From NCBI RefSeq assembly GCF_001677475.2, contig NZ_CP015229.1: a stretch of 64,000 nt of DNA; one strand, given 5' to 3'. Shown here piece by piece: positions 32,362-46,247 of this stretch; the first letter of the stretch is position 1; the number at the start of each line of letters is the position of its first letter. The position numbers and the translations under genes were made by a program. This stretch comes from Escherichia coli. Its GTDB lineage: Bacteria > Pseudomonadota > Gammaproteobacteria > Enterobacterales > Enterobacteriaceae. Below the pieces are notes generated by a model. It did not search any database and was not told the origin of the DNA. It saw only the letters and a program-made list of their open reading frames with translations.

Positions 32362-32685
32362 ATGAGACTTCTGATTCTGACTCTTTCATTAATAACGCTG
32401 GCGGGGTGTACGGTTACTCGCCAGGCCCATGTGAGCGAAGTTGACGCGGCAACAGGTATTGTACGGTTGGTTTATGACCAGGCTTTTTTGCAGCATGCCC
32501 ATACCGATCGTTATGTCAGTCGCGGGATCGCCGATCGCGCATGCCAGCAGGAAGGCTATACCCACGCTATCCCCTTTGGTCAGCCAGTAGGCAACTGTAG
32601 CCTCTTTGCGGGTTCCTTATGTTTGAATACGGAATTCACTTTGTCATATCAGTGCCATCATTCCGCCTTCCCTGTCTTTCTCTAA
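32362..32685 (+). CDS. yecR: Lipoprotein YecR
   Basis: 107-aa ORF with lipobox LAGC. Confidence 0.88.
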   Translation: MRLLILTLSLITLAGCTVTRQAHVSEVDAATGIVRLVYDQAFLQHAHTDRYVSRGIADRACQQEGYTHAIPFGQPVGNCSLFAGSLCLNTEFTLSYQCHHSAFPVFL

Positions 32686-32856
32686 ATGTTTTAATCAGCG
32701 AGGGGGATCTTCGCTGATTAAATAAATAGCGGTAATGCGTTTTATTCCCATTCGTATTTTTAATAAATGAAGTTTATATTTTACCTTTTGCAAATAATAA
32801 AATAACAAATTATAGTGACGCCACAGCAACAAATATAACCTTTGTGGAGCACTATC

Positions 32857-33354
32857 ATGCTGAAACCAGAAATGATTGAAAAACTTAATGAGCAGATGAA
32901 CCTGGAACTGTACTCTTCACTGCTTTATCAGCAAATGAGCGCCTGGTGCAGCTATCATACCTTCGAAGGTGCTGCCGCGTTCCTGCGCCGTCACGCCCAG
33001 GAAGAGATGACACATATGCAGCGTCTGTTTGATTATCTGACTGATACCGGCAACTTACCGCGTATTAATACCGTTGAATCTCCGTTTGCTGAATATTCCT
33101 CACTTGATGAATTATTCCAGGAAACCTATAAACACGAACAATTAATCACGCAGAAAATTAACGAACTGGCTCATGCTGCAATGACCAATCAGGACTACCC
33201 AACATTTAATTTCCTGCAATGGTATGTTTCTGAGCAGCATGAAGAAGAGAAACTGTTCAAATCGATTATTGATAAATTAAGTCTGGCAGGCAAAAGCGGC
33301 GAAGGTTTGTATTTTATCGACAAAGAACTCTCTACCCTCGACACACAAAACTAA
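32857..33354 (+). CDS. ftnA: Bacterial non-haem ferritin FtnA
   Basis: 170-aa ORF; start set at [10 protein letters not shown] (165 aa). Confidence 0.94.
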
Positions 33355-33391
33355 TGTTCTCCGGCGGCAGGTTTACTGCCGCCGTTTCAAA

Positions 33392-33631
33392 TCAGTGACG
33401 GCAAATCTTACTCTGATCGGTCGAAAAACCTTCTTCCGAAGGTATAAATTTGCCTTTTGCTGCCAGAAACGCTACCAGCTCTCCCGCTGTCATCCCTTCT
33501 GCCGAGCAGGTGTGAAAACGTGCCTGTTCACCAAAACGCGCTTTAATCGCAGCTTCCAGACTGGCATGCGTATATTGCTCACCTGATTCAATCATCATAT
33601 TTAACACTTCATGACCGTGAATAGAGTCCAT
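33392..33631 (-). CDS. yecH: Uncharacterised protein YecH
   Basis: 79-aa ORF at the syntenic position. Confidence 0.85.
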   Translation of the reverse strand: MDSIHGHEVLNMMIESGEQYTHASLEAAIKARFGEQARFHTCSAEGMTAGELVAFLAAKGKFIPSEEGFSTDQSKICRH

Positions 33632-33820
33632 CGTTCCTCCTCAAAAAAAGCTAGCGTAGCGATTGCCGTTTACCAAGACTTTGCGCCAGCGCAGGACTGA
33701 ATGCATTTTATTGTACATTTATATTTACACCATATGTAACGTCGGTTTGACGAAGCAGCCGTTATGCCTTAACCTGCGCCGCAGATATCACTCATAAAGA
33801 TCGTCAGGACAGAAGAAAGC

Positions 33821-35032
33821 GTGAAAAACAGAACTCTGGGAAGTGTTTTTATCGTGGCGGGAACCACAATTGGCGCAGGCATGCTGGCAATGCCGCTGGC
33901 TGCGGCAGGTGTTGGTTTTAGCGTCACGTTAATCTTGTTGATTGGGCTTTGGGCGTTGATGTGCTACACGGCGCTATTACTGCTGGAGGTGTACCAGCAT
34001 GTCCCGGCAGATACCGGTCTGGGCACGCTGGCAAAACGCTATCTGGGACGCTACGGTCAGTGGCTGACGGGCTTCAGTATGATGTTCTTAATGTATGCTC
34101 TGACTGCGGCATACATCAGCGGTGCTGGTGAATTGTTGGCCTCCAGCATCAGCGACTGGACAGGTATTTCAATGTCGGCAACCGCTGGCGTGCTGTTGTT
34201 CACTTTTGTTGCCGGTGGCGTGGTTTGTGTCGGAACTTCGCTGGTCGATTTATTTAACCGTTTTCTGTTCAGCGCCAAAATTATTTTTCTGGTGGTGATG
34301 CTGGTACTGCTACTTCCGCATATTCATAAGGTGAATCTTTTAACCCTGCCGTTGCAACAGGGGCTGGCACTGTCTGCAATCCCGGTGATTTTTACCTCGT
34401 TTGGTTTTCACGGTAGCGTGCCGAGCATTGTCAGTTATATGGATGGCAACATTCGTAAGCTACGCTGGGTGTTTATTACCGGTAGTGCGATCCCTCTGGT
34501 GGCATATATTTTCTGGCAGCTGGCGACGCTTGGCAGCATTGATTCAACAACCTTTATGGGATTGCTGGCTAATCATGCCGGATTAAACGGGCTGTTACAG
34601 GCGTTACGCGAAATGGTGGCCTCTCCGCATGTTGAGCTGGCGGTGCATTTATTTGCTGATTTAGCCCTCGCCACGTCATTTCTCGGCGTTGCGTTAGGTT
34701 TATTTGATTATCTGGCAGATTTGTTTCAGCGTTCAAATACCGTTGGTGGACGATTGCAAACTGGTGCAATTACCTTTCTGCCGCCGTTGGCGTTTGCACT
34801 GTTTTATCCACGAGGATTTGTGATGGCGCTGGGTTACGCCGGTGTGGCGCTGGCGGTACTGGCATTGATTATTCCTTCGCTGTTGACCTGGCAAAGCAGA
34901 AAGCACAATCCTCAGGCGGGTTACCGGGTGAAAGGTGGTCGTCCGGCGCTGGTGGTGGTGTTTCTCTGTGGTATTGCTGTGATTAGCGTGCAATTTTTGA
35001 TTGCGGCAGGGTTGTTACCAGAAGTGGGGTGA
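33821..35032 (+). CDS. tyrP: Tyrosine-specific transport protein TyrP
   Basis: 403-aa polytopic membrane protein ORF. Confidence 0.94.
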   Translation: MKNRTLGSVFIVAGTTIGAGMLAMPLAAAGVGFSVTLILLIGLWALMCYTALLLLEVYQHVPADTGLGTLAKRYLGRYGQWLTGFSMMFLMYALTAAYISGAGELLASSISDWTGISMSATAGVLLFTFVAGGVVCVGTSLVDLFNRFLFSAKIIFLVVMLVLLLPHIHKVNLLTLPLQQGLALSAIPVIFTSFGFHGSVPSIVSYMDGNIRKLRWVFITGSAIPLVAYIFWQLATLGSIDSTTFMGLLANHAGLNGLLQALREMVASPHVELAVHLFADLALATSFLGVALGLFDYLADLFQRSNTVGGRLQTGAITFLPPLAFALFYPRGFVMALGYAGVALAVLALIIPSLLTWQSRKHNPQAGYRVKGGRPALVVVFLCGIAVISVQFLIAAGLLPEVG

Positions 35033-35093
35033 TCAGATAGCCTCAAATTCCTTATTGGGTGCCAGAATTAACGCTGACACCCAATTTGACCTC

Positions 35094-35759
35094 TTAATGC
35101 AGGCAGCACTGCTTAAATTTCTTACCACTGCCGCACGGACAAGGATCGTTACGCCCCGGTTTCTCTTCTGCTTTGATCGGTTGCTGAACAGCTTTTTCCT
35201 GCGGATGCGCCATCCAGTACGCATGTAGATCAAGCGCCGCCAGTCGAATGGCATCTACGCTCTCTTCAAACGCTTCTGGCGACATCTTCTCTACCCGCTC
35301 GAAGTTTTCCTCAGTACCGTGCAGCGCTATCGCCTCCAGCGCTGGTTTTAACGAATCGGGCAACGTTGACCAGTCAGAAAGTGCCACGCCCCGCATATAG
35401 CCAAAGCACCACTCCTCAACAATCGTCAGCTCGCTGCCATCGACTTCTCGCAAGCCGAATAACGGCTCAAACTGCTCCGGGAATTCGTTCAGACGCTCTG
35501 CGGTATCGGCCATATGTTGAAAGGCCAGGTTCATAAAGCGCGTCATCTCTTTCTCTGATGCCCAGCGCGGCACATAGTCAGCCCCACCCCACACGGCAAC
35601 CAGCCACTGTGCCGGTTCAATCTCTTGCGGAGAACTCAACACCGCCGTCAATAAACCGTCCAGCTCCGCCACATCAAGGATGGCGTGGTCAGTATTGTAT
35701 TTGGTCAGAATATCGTCCAGCCATTCCAACTCACTTTCGTTTAACGGTCCCGTTTTCAT
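35094..35759 (-). CDS. yecA: UPF0149-family protein YecA with C-terminal SEC-C zinc motif
   Basis: 221-aa ORF ending in [13 protein letters not shown]. Confidence 0.9.
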   Translation of the reverse strand: MKTGPLNESELEWLDDILTKYNTDHAILDVAELDGLLTAVLSSPQEIEPAQWLVAVWGGADYVPRWASEKEMTRFMNLAFQHMADTAERLNEFPEQFEPLFGLREVDGSELTIVEEWCFGYMRGVALSDWSTLPDSLKPALEAIALHGTEENFERVEKMSPEAFEESVDAIRLAALDLHAYWMAHPQEKAVQQPIKAEEKPGRNDPCPCGSGKKFKQCCLH

Positions 35760-35954
35760 ACGCTTTTCCTTGTGGATCTCAACTCGCCAGCACCTATCTT
35801 ACATGCCGGTCCGTATCAGAGATACTTTTTGAGTGGCTTTGCCGGTGATTAAAAATCAAGGAGGGTGTAACGACAAGTTGCAGGCACAAAAAAACCACCC
35901 GAAGGTGGTTTCACGACACTGCTTATTGCTTTGATTTTATTCTTATCTTTCCCA

Positions 35955-36041
35955 TGGTACCCGGAGCGGGACTTGAACCCGCACAGCGCGAACGCCGAGG
36001 GATTTTAAATCCCTTGTGTCTACCGATTCCACCATCCGGGC
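35955..36041 (-). tRNA. leuZ: tRNA-Leu (anticodon UAA)
   Basis: 87-nt minus-strand sequence matches E. coli tRNA-Leu5 with CCA end; mapped by hand. Confidence 0.93.
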
Positions 36042-36053
36042 TCGGGAAGAAAG

Positions 36054-36127
36054 TGGAGGCGCGTTCCGGAGTCGAACCGGACTAGACGGATTTGCAATCC
36101 GCTACATAACCGCTTTGTTAACGCGCC
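36054..36127 (-). tRNA. cysT: tRNA-Cys (anticodon GCA)
   Basis: 74-nt minus-strand sequence GGCGCGTTAACAAAGCGG...CTCCA. Confidence 0.93.
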
Positions 36128-36180
36128 AAATTCTTCAGGCTTTTCAGCCAGACATCCGCTTACGCCGATGTCTTTTAAAC

Positions 36181-36256
<76 letters not shown>

Positions 36257-36407
36257 ATTCATCAAGCAATCAGTTAATCACTTGATTTTATTATCGTCTG
36301 GCAATCAGTGCCGCCGTTCGATGCGTTGCATTCTACTTACCTGGCGCGATGAGTCAACGATATTTTTCACCACTTTTGATCGTTTGCTGAAAATTGCGCC
36401 GAAACGA

Positions 36408-36956
36408 TCACTGATCAAGCAAATCTGCACGCGCAGCGCTCAAATATTGCAACATTGACCACAGAGTCAGTACCGCAGCCACAAAGAAAAGTGCAATACC
36501 GGCGTACTCAACCCAAATGTTCGGACGCCACAGCAGCCAGGCCAACGCCACCATCTGGGCAGTGGTTTTCACTTTCCCAATCCAGGAGACGGCCACGCTA
36601 CTGCGTTTACCCAACTCCGCCATCCATTCGCGTAGCGCAGAAATAATAATTTCACGGGCGATCATCGTTGCCGCCGGTAAGGTCACCCACCAGCTGTGAT
36701 AATGCTCGGTTACCAGCACCATGGCGATAGCCACGAGGACTTTATCTGCGACAGGGTCAAGGAAAGCACCAAACCGGGTACTCTGGTTCCAGCGGCGTGC
36801 CAGAAAACCATCGAACCAGTCAGTCACCGCCGCGACGCAGAAAATGAGCGCGGCGGCAAACGGCGACCAGGTGACAGGCAGATAAAAGACCAATACAAAG
36901 AATGGGATAAGGATGACACGGAACAGTGTAAGCAACGTAGGGATATTAAATTGCAT
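36408..36956 (-). CDS. pgsA: CDP-diacylglycerol--glycerol-3-phosphate 3-phosphatidyltransferase
   Basis: 182-aa membrane protein ORF. Confidence 0.95.
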
Positions 36957-37012
36957 AATGACGGGTAACTATCTGTTGTCAGTAAGATTACCCCTATGTT
37001 GCTACAGAGACA

Positions 37013-38845
37013 TCAATGTTTCAACGACCAGAAGATCTTTTCTGCCAGACCTTGCGAAATACCCGGCACTTTTGCAATTTCCTCGACGCTGGCGTTACGT
37101 AAACCTTGCAAACCGCCCATATATTTCAACAACATTTGCCGACGTTTTGGCCCGACGCCTTCAATGGTTTCCAGGGAACTGGTATTTTTGACCTTTGCCC
37201 GTTTTTTACGGTGCCCGCCAATCGCGTGATCGTGTGATTCATCGCGAATATGCTGGATAACATGCAGCGCGGGAGAATCTGGCGGCAAACTGAATCCCTC
37301 ACCTTCCGGCTCAAAGAACAGCGTTTCCAACCCTGCCTTCCTATCTGCACCTTTGGCAACGCCAAGTAGCAGCGGATGATTTTTATCCCATGAGACATCC
37401 AGTTCGGCGAAGACATTTTTCGCTTGCGCAAGCTGGCCTTTGCCGCCGTCAATAAGTATCACATCCGGGATCTTACTGTCGTCGATGGCTTTACCATAAC
37501 GCCGACGCAGCACCTGATTCATCGCCGCATAATCATCGCCCGGCGTAATGCCAGTAATGTTATAGCGCCGATACTCCGCACGCAGCGGGCCGTTAGCATC
37601 AAACACCACACAGGAGGCGACGGTTTGTTCACCCATGGTATGGCTGATGTCAAAGCATTCCATCCGCTTCACTTCCGGCAATTTCAACACGCTGGCAAGC
37701 GCTGTCAGCCGCTGGTGAACGGTAGATTGCTGCGAAAGTTTGCTGGTTAAGGCCGTCGCCGCATTGGTGCGCGCGAGTTTCAGATAACGCGCCCGATCGC
37801 CACGAGGTTTGGTTTGAACATTAATCTTGCGTCCCGCCAGTTCTGAAAGGGAATCGGCGAGCAGCGTTTTATCGCTAAGATTAAAATCGAGCAGGATCTC
37901 ACCCGGTAAGGTGCGCATCTGGCTGCCTTGTAAATAGAACTGACCTACGAAGGTTTCCACCACCTCGCTCAGTTCCGTACCGCCCGGCACTTTCGGGAAA
38001 TAGCTGCGGCTGCCGAGCACTTTACCCTGACGAATGAACAATACGTGGACACAAGCCATGCCCGCATCGAACGCCACACCAATAACGTCAAGGTCGTCGC
38101 CGGTATTGGACACAAACTGTTTTTCGGTGACGCGTCGCACCGCCTGAATTTGGTCGCGAATACGTGCCGCTTCTTCAAACTCCAGATTCTGGCTGGCAGT
38201 TTCCATACGGCTAATGAGTTGCGTAAGCACCTGATCATCTTTGCCAGACAAAAACAGGCGCACATACTCGACCTGCTGAGCGTATTCTTCTTCACTCACC
38301 AGTCCTTCAACGCACGGTCCCAGACAGCGCCCTATCTGATATTGCAGACACGGACGCGAGCGATTGCGATAAACACTATTTTCGCACTGGCGAATGGGGA
38401 AAATCTTTTGCAGTAGCGCCAGTGTTTCACGTACGGCATAGCCATTCGGGAACGGGCCGAAATATTCACCTTTGGCATGCTTCGCACCACGATGCATCGC
38501 CAGACGCGGGTGGGTATCGCCACTCAGGAAGATAAAGGGATAAGATTTATCATCGCGTAGCAAAACGTTGTAACGCGGCTGATAGAGTTTGATGTAGTTG
38601 TGTTCCAGCAACAGCGCTTCGGTTTCTGTATGAGTAACCGTTACATCAATTTGCTGGATCTGGGCGACCAGCGCTTCGGTTTTGCGCGAAGCGAGGTTGC
38701 TACGGAAATAGCTGGAAAGCCGTTTTTTCAGGTCTTTCGCTTTGCCGACATAGATAACCGTACCACCAGCATCGTACATGCGATAAACGCCTGGCTGGCT
38801 GGTTACGGTTTTTAAAAACGCTTTTGCGTCAAACTGATCACTCAC
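37013..38845 (-). CDS. uvrC: Excinuclease ABC subunit C
   Basis: 610-aa ORF with N-terminal GIY-YIG motif. Confidence 0.97.
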
Positions 38846-39498
38846 TGACTTGATAATGTCTCCGCATTACACAGACCATGGCGAATTGCCAGGTGAGTCA
38901 GCTCAACATCGCCATGAATGTTTAGTTTACTGAACATACGATAGCGGTAGCTGTTCACCGTTTTCGGACTGAGATTGAGCTGTTCTGAGATCTCATTGAC
39001 CTTCTGGCCCTTGGTGATCATCAGCATAATCTGCAATTCACGTTCAGACAAACTGGCAAATGGGCTTTCTGTTTTTTCTGGTTCGATCTGGCTTAACGCC
39101 ATTTGTTGAGCGATGTCAGAAGCAATGTAACGCTGCCCTGAATAGACAGAACGGATCGCACTCACGACTTCCTGCGGAGCCGCGCCTTTGCTGAGGTAGC
39201 CCGCAGCACCGGCCTGCATGACTTTCGCTGGTAAAGGGTTTTCTGTATGGACGGTAAGCATGATGATTTTGACATCAGCTGTGGAACGCGCGATTTTACG
39301 CGTCGCCTCAAGACCGCCAATGCCCGGCATACTCATGTCCATTAGCACCACGTCAACGGCATTTGCCCGGCACCACTTAACGGCGTCTTCACCGCACGAT
39401 GCCTCACCGACGACTTTTATACCCTTTATATCTTCCAGAATGCGTCGTATCCCTGCGCGCACCAGTTCGTGGTCATCAACAAGTAGAACGTTGATCAA
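38842..39498 (-). CDS. uvrY: Response regulator UvrY (BarA partner, LuxR-type HTH)
   Basis: 218-aa ORF, 4-nt overlap with uvrC. Confidence 0.96.
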
Positions 39499-39957
39499 AG
39501 GAATATCTCCAGAAATAGGGATAACGCTACTGATAGTTAGTCATTCGTATATTAGCGGTTTTTATTGCAACTTTGAAACGTTAAAAATGGTGGGTATTCG
39601 ATTTTTCTCTCGTTTTTGTAAATTCGATTGTCCACAGTTATGGTCACGCCCGTCACCAACGGCTTCCGGGATCGTTTCACAGTAAGCCCTGCGATGAAAT
39701 GTGACAAAAATTGACTTTATTCAGCAAAAATGAAAATCAGCCCGCTGAATATGTAACATTAATTAACCCGAACAATACGGGCAAAAAACATTCATGATAA
39801 AAATATTTATTGGTCATTATATTAACGTATTTTATAGCACTGCCGATATCACGCTCAAAAAACAACCACTGCTATTTTTAGCAAAGCTTATGGTATACTC
39901 CGCCGCCTTAACATTTTTCACCGCAAATTTTTCATTGCAACATGACGAGGAAAATAA

Positions 39958-40182
39958 ATGAGTACGCCTGATTTTTCTACTGCCGAGAATAATCAAGAAC
40001 TGGCAAATGAAGTCTCCTGCCTGAAAGCGATGCTGACGCTGATGCTGCAGGCGATGGGACAAGCTGACGCGGGCCGCGTGATGTTAAAGATGGAAAAACA
40101 GCTTGCGCTGATCGAAGACGAAACCCAGGCTGCAGTATTTTCCAAAACGGTTAAGCAAATTAAACAAGCCTACCGTCAGTAA
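39958..40182 (+). CDS. yecF: Uncharacterised protein YecF
   Basis: 74-aa ORF at the syntenic position. Confidence 0.85.
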
Positions 40183-40185
40183 TAT

Positions 40186-40221
40186 AAAACCGGCTGAGAG
40201 CGTGCCTTTCAGCCGGTTTTT
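40186..40221 (+). terminator. Rho-independent terminator after yecF
   Basis: CCGGCTGA...TCAGCCGG hairpin followed by a T-run. Confidence 0.6.
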
Positions 40222-40248
40222 GCATCTGACATGCAGAAAGAAAAGAGA

Positions 40249-40971
40249 TCAAATTAAGCCAGTAGCAGCCGCGTAACAGGCAACCTGCGTCTTATTCGGT
40301 GCATTGATTTTTTTCTGCATGTTTTTCTGATGAAAATTGACCGTATTCTCAGAGATTGACAAAATCATCGCTATCTCTGCTGATGTCTTCCCTTCCGCCG
40401 TCCATTTCAGAATTTCTTTTTCGCGCTTGCTGAAATTCATCTCTGGCGTCATCACTATTTCATCATTTAAACGCATCAGAGCCATCAGACTTTCGCGCAC
40501 CAGTAACTGCATTTTTAATTGCAGTTCATCACTAAGAATGGGTATTTCGCGCGCGCTGCTACGGGAAAAGGACAAAAAGCCCAGCGCCCGGTTTGGCAGC
40601 ATTAAATACTGAGTGACACCGCGGCGTAAACCATGTGCGCGCGCGGCTTCCCATAACGGCTGTGCTTCGCTGAATAAGTCATCATTCCACATTAAATGGC
40701 CCTGACTAAAGTTTTCAGGATTCAGCACCGGATCAATTGCGAGAAAGTTTTTTGCCTGATAATAACTAACCCACGCCTCAGGGTAATTGGTGTAGAAAGC
40801 CACTTTAGGTCGCGTGAATGGTACCGGGTGGCGAACACATAACGAATAGTAATCGTACTCCAGCTGCTGAGCCTGAAGCTCTATTTCATGGTAGACCTCT
40901 TCTGCGGCCTCCATCCTCTGAAAACGCAACAGCATCGTGCGACGCCAGCTGAAAAAATCCGTATCCTGCAT
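40249..40971 (-). CDS. sdiA: LuxR-family orphan quorum-sensing regulator SdiA
   Basis: 244-aa ORF; start set at MQDTDFFSWR (240 aa). Confidence 0.95.
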   Translation of the reverse strand: MQDTDFFSWRRTMLLRFQRMEAAEEVYHEIELQAQQLEYDYYSLCVRHPVPFTRPKVAFYTNYPEAWVSYYQAKNFLAIDPVLNPENFSQGHLMWNDDLFSEAQPLWEAARAHGLRRGVTQYLMLPNRALGFLSFSRSSAREIPILSDELQLKMQLLVRESLMALMRLNDEIVMTPEMNFSKREKEILKWTAEGKTSAEIAMILSISENTVNFHQKNMQKKINAPNKTQVACYAAATGLI

Positions 40972-41200
40972 AGTAAACCGCAACGCCCCTGAGAGTGAGT
41001 ATCATTTATAATGATAATTCAAACTATCACATAAATAAGATTTATATATAATTTATATTATTCAGGCAATGAATTACTTTTGCAAGCCATCGCATTCTCT
41101 TATGTTATTAATGAGTTATGCTGATTTGTTAAGCAGTTTTATCTCGCTTGAAATGGCGTCCCGCCCCGACAGGTGAATCGTCGGGGCTGATTTTTTCTTA

Positions 41201-41953
41201 TTATTGCAGCAGAAACTTCTCGAGGAACTGGCGGGTGCGAGGCTGCTGGGGATCGGCAAATAACGCTTTTGCTGCCCCCTGCTCGACTATCCGCCCCTGG
41301 TCCATAAAAATCGCCCGGTCCGCAACATCCCGGGCAAAGCTCATTTCGTGCGTCACAATCACCATCGTGCGCTTTTCCTGCGCCAGCTGACGGATGGTGT
41401 TCAGGACTTCGCCCACCAGCTCTGGATCCAGCGCCGACGTTGGCTCGTCAAACAAAATCACTTCAGGACGCATTGCCAGCGCTCGCGCAATCGCGACACG
41501 CTGCTGTTGACCGCCAGACAAACGGCGCGGATAGCTGGTTTCTTTACCGGCCAGCCCAACTTTCGCCAACAGCTCGCGAGCGCGCGCCGTGGCCTCTTCT
41601 TTTGGTTCGCCTTTGACGATCACCGGCCCTTCAATAATGTTTTCCAGCACCGTACGATGCGGAAACAAATTAAAGTTCTGGAAGACAAACCCGACGTGCT
41701 GACGCAACTGGCGAATCAGCGATTTTTGCTGACTTAATGAACGTGCAGTATCAATAGTGATATCGCCAACGGTGATGGTTCCCGCTTCCGGTTGTTCCAG
41801 CAGATTTATGCTGCGTAGCAACGTGGTTTTGCCGGAACCACTTGGACCGATAATTGCCACTACTTCGCCAGGCTTCACCTCAAGGTCGATACCGTGCAGC
41901 ACCGTCTGACCGTGGAATTTTTTCACCAGGTTCTTAACTTCAATGGCACTCAT
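41201..41953 (-). CDS. tcyN: L-cystine ABC transporter ATP-binding protein TcyN (YecC)
   Basis: 250-aa ORF with Walker A GPSGSGKTT and signature LSGGQQQR. Confidence 0.93.
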   Translation of the reverse strand: MSAIEVKNLVKKFHGQTVLHGIDLEVKPGEVVAIIGPSGSGKTTLLRSINLLEQPEAGTITVGDITIDTARSLSQQKSLIRQLRQHVGFVFQNFNLFPHRTVLENIIEGPVIVKGEPKEEATARARELLAKVGLAGKETSYPRRLSGGQQQRVAIARALAMRPEVILFDEPTSALDPELVGEVLNTIRQLAQEKRTMVIVTHEMSFARDVADRAIFMDQGRIVEQGAAKALFADPQQPRTRQFLEKFLLQ

Positions 41954-42618
41954 TTTGGTTCTCTCTCCTGGCGATTAAGTTGATTCTCAAAATGGTTCTG
42001 CAACGTCGATAACACTGTCGCCATGATCCAGTAGATGAGCGAAGCCGCCAGGTACATGGTGAACACCTCCAGCGTGCGTGAGGTAATCAACTGCGCCTGA
42101 CGGAACAGCTCCGGCACCTGGATTGTCGCGGCCAGCGACGTATCTTTTACCAGGCTGATAAAGCTGTTCGACAGCGGCGGCAACGCCACCCGCGCCGCCT
42201 GTGGCAAAATCGCGCGACGCATGGTCTGCCACGGCGTCATACCAATACTGGCAGCTGCTTCCCACTGACCTTTATCAATAGAAGAAATGGCGGCGCGCAG
42301 TGTTTCGGCGGCATAGGCGGCAGTGTTGAGCGACAGACCAATCATTGCTGACGGAATGGGATCTAATTCGATACCAAACTGCGGCAGGCCGTAATAGATC
42401 ATAAACAGTTGTGCGATGAGCGGTGTACCACGAAAAATAGAGATATAAAAACGCGCCAGCCAGCGCACGGGCCAGATGGGCGACAGGCGCATCAGCGCGA
42501 GAATAAACCCTAGCAGTAAGCCAAAAAACATGCCGCCGATACTGAGTTGCAGGGTATACCCTGCCCCTTTCAACAGGAACGGCAAGGAATCAATAACCAG
42601 TTGTATACTTTCTTGCAT
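41950..42618 (-). CDS. tcyL: L-cystine ABC transporter permease TcyL (YecS)
   Basis: 222-aa membrane protein ORF, 4-nt overlap with tcyN. Confidence 0.93.
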   Translation of the reverse strand: MQESIQLVIDSLPFLLKGAGYTLQLSIGGMFFGLLLGFILALMRLSPIWPVRWLARFYISIFRGTPLIAQLFMIYYGLPQFGIELDPIPSAMIGLSLNTAAYAAETLRAAISSIDKGQWEAAASIGMTPWQTMRRAILPQAARVALPPLSNSFISLVKDTSLAATIQVPELFRQAQLITSRTLEVFTMYLAASLIYWIMATVLSTLQNHFENQLNRQEREPK

Positions 42619-42632
42619 GAGCGTTCCCGAAG

Positions 42633-44524
<1,892 letters not shown>

Positions 44525-44611
44525 ATTCACCCCGAATGTTGTTATGTCTGTTTGCAGTGTAGAGCCATTGTTTGTAAACACAAAAACAACTCCGCTACAT
44601 CTTATTCTTAT

Positions 44612-45163
44612 TTAATATATATCAGAAGCAGGCAGGCTGGAGGATTTCTGCACAAGTCCGGTACACGTTTGACGCTGATAGTGTTGATACTTCCGTAACG
44701 CGATGCGGTAATTGTTGGTGCTGGTGGAGGGCAGCCATGGGGTGAGGATTTCATCAAGGAAACCGTCCTGCAGCTGATCGAGGGTAATATTTTGCTCGTG
44801 AAGATGATTCCCCAAACGGCGCAGACGAACGACATATTCACGCACCGTACCTGGGCTCATTTCAGTTTGCTCAAAAAGAAATTGCTTAAAGCCGATAATA
44901 TCGAAAAAATCACTCTGCGTTTTGCAGTGTAAATCACCGCAAAATCGGCACAATGCCGCCCATGATTTTTGTTCCGTTTGCCAGCCATTTTCATCAAGCA
45001 GCGTGTCCAGGCGGGAAATCTCGATTTTATTCACTATTTTGCCGTCGCGAACGAGGGTAATGCGATCGAGTAATTTACGGCAATGCGCGCAATGAGTCTG
45101 GCTGTGTTTAAAGTCTTTAAGATAGCGGCTTAATGGCCGTCTTTTCAGGTGCTGCACCATCAT
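44612..45163 (-). CDS. fliZ: Regulator FliZ
   Basis: 195-aa ORF; start set at MMVQHLKRRP (183 aa). Confidence 0.92.
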   Translation of the reverse strand: MMVQHLKRRPLSRYLKDFKHSQTHCAHCRKLLDRITLVRDGKIVNKIEISRLDTLLDENGWQTEQKSWAALCRFCGDLHCKTQSDFFDIIGFKQFLFEQTEMSPGTVREYVVRLRRLGNHLHEQNITLDQLQDGFLDEILTPWLPSTSTNNYRIALRKYQHYQRQTCTGLVQKSSSLPASDIY

Positions 45164-45208
45164 TAAGAACTCCTGGTAGTCAAAGTTAAAGTGCGGCATT
45201 TACTGACG

Positions 45209-45928
45209 TTATAACTTACCCAGTTTAGTGCGTAACCGTTTAATGGCCTGGCTGTGTAACTGACTGACCCGCGATTCCCCGACCTCCAGCACCGCGCCAA
45301 TCTCTTTGAGATTCAGCTCTTCCTGGTAATAGAGGGTTAATACCAGTTTTTCGCGCTCCGGCAACGTTTCGATGGCTTCCATCACCCGCTGGCGCAGATT
45401 ACTGTCCAGCAGTTGTTGTAGCGGGTTTTCTCGCTGATGATCATCAGTAACCAGTTCGATGCTATCGCCGTGCTCTTCGCGCCACTCATCGTAGGAGAAG
45501 AGCTGGCTGTTATTGGTGTCGAGCAACATTTGGCGATAATCGGCAATATCGATCCCTAAACGTTCCGCTACCTCAGCTTCCGTGGCGTTGCGGCCAAGTT
45601 CCTGCTCCAGTTGCCCTATTGCCTGTGCCACTTCACGCGCGTTGCGTCGCACGCTGCGCGGCACCCAGTCACGGCTGCGAAGTTCATCCAGCATAGCGCC
45701 ACGGATACGCTGCACTGCGTAAGTTGTAAATGCCGTTCCTTGTAGGGCGTCATAGCGTTCGACGGCATTAAGTAACCCAATGCCGCCCGCCTGTAGCAGA
45801 TCGTCAAGTTCCACGCTCGCGGGCAGTCGAACCTGCAGGCGCAATGCTTCGTGACGCACCAGCGGGACATAACGCTGCCATAGCGAGTGTTTATCCATTA
45901 CACCTTCAGCGGTATAGAGTGAATTCAC
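45209..45928 (-). CDS. fliA: Flagellar sigma factor sigma-28 (FliA)
   Basis: 239-aa ORF with sigma-70 family regions 2-4. Confidence 0.97.
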   Translation of the reverse strand: MNSLYTAEGVMDKHSLWQRYVPLVRHEALRLQVRLPASVELDDLLQAGGIGLLNAVERYDALQGTAFTTYAVQRIRGAMLDELRSRDWVPRSVRRNAREVAQAIGQLEQELGRNATEAEVAERLGIDIADYRQMLLDTNNSQLFSYDEWREEHGDSIELVTDDHQRENPLQQLLDSNLRQRVMEAIETLPEREKLVLTLYYQEELNLKEIGAVLEVGESRVSQLHSQAIKRLRTKLGKL

Positions 45929-46104
45929 GATAAACAGCCCTGCGTTATATGAGTTATCGGCATGATTATCCGTTTCTGTAGAGGATTTAATCGGATGAAT
46001 AGTGGGTGAAATGGGGGGTTATTTGGGGGTTACCGGTAAATTGCGGACAGAAAAAACCCCGCCGGTGGCGGGGGAGCACGTTGCTGACAAATTACCATTC
46101 ATGT

Positions 46105-46206
<102 letters not shown>

Positions 46207-46247
46207 TTTGGCGTTGCCGTCAGTCTCAGTTAATCAGGTTACGACGA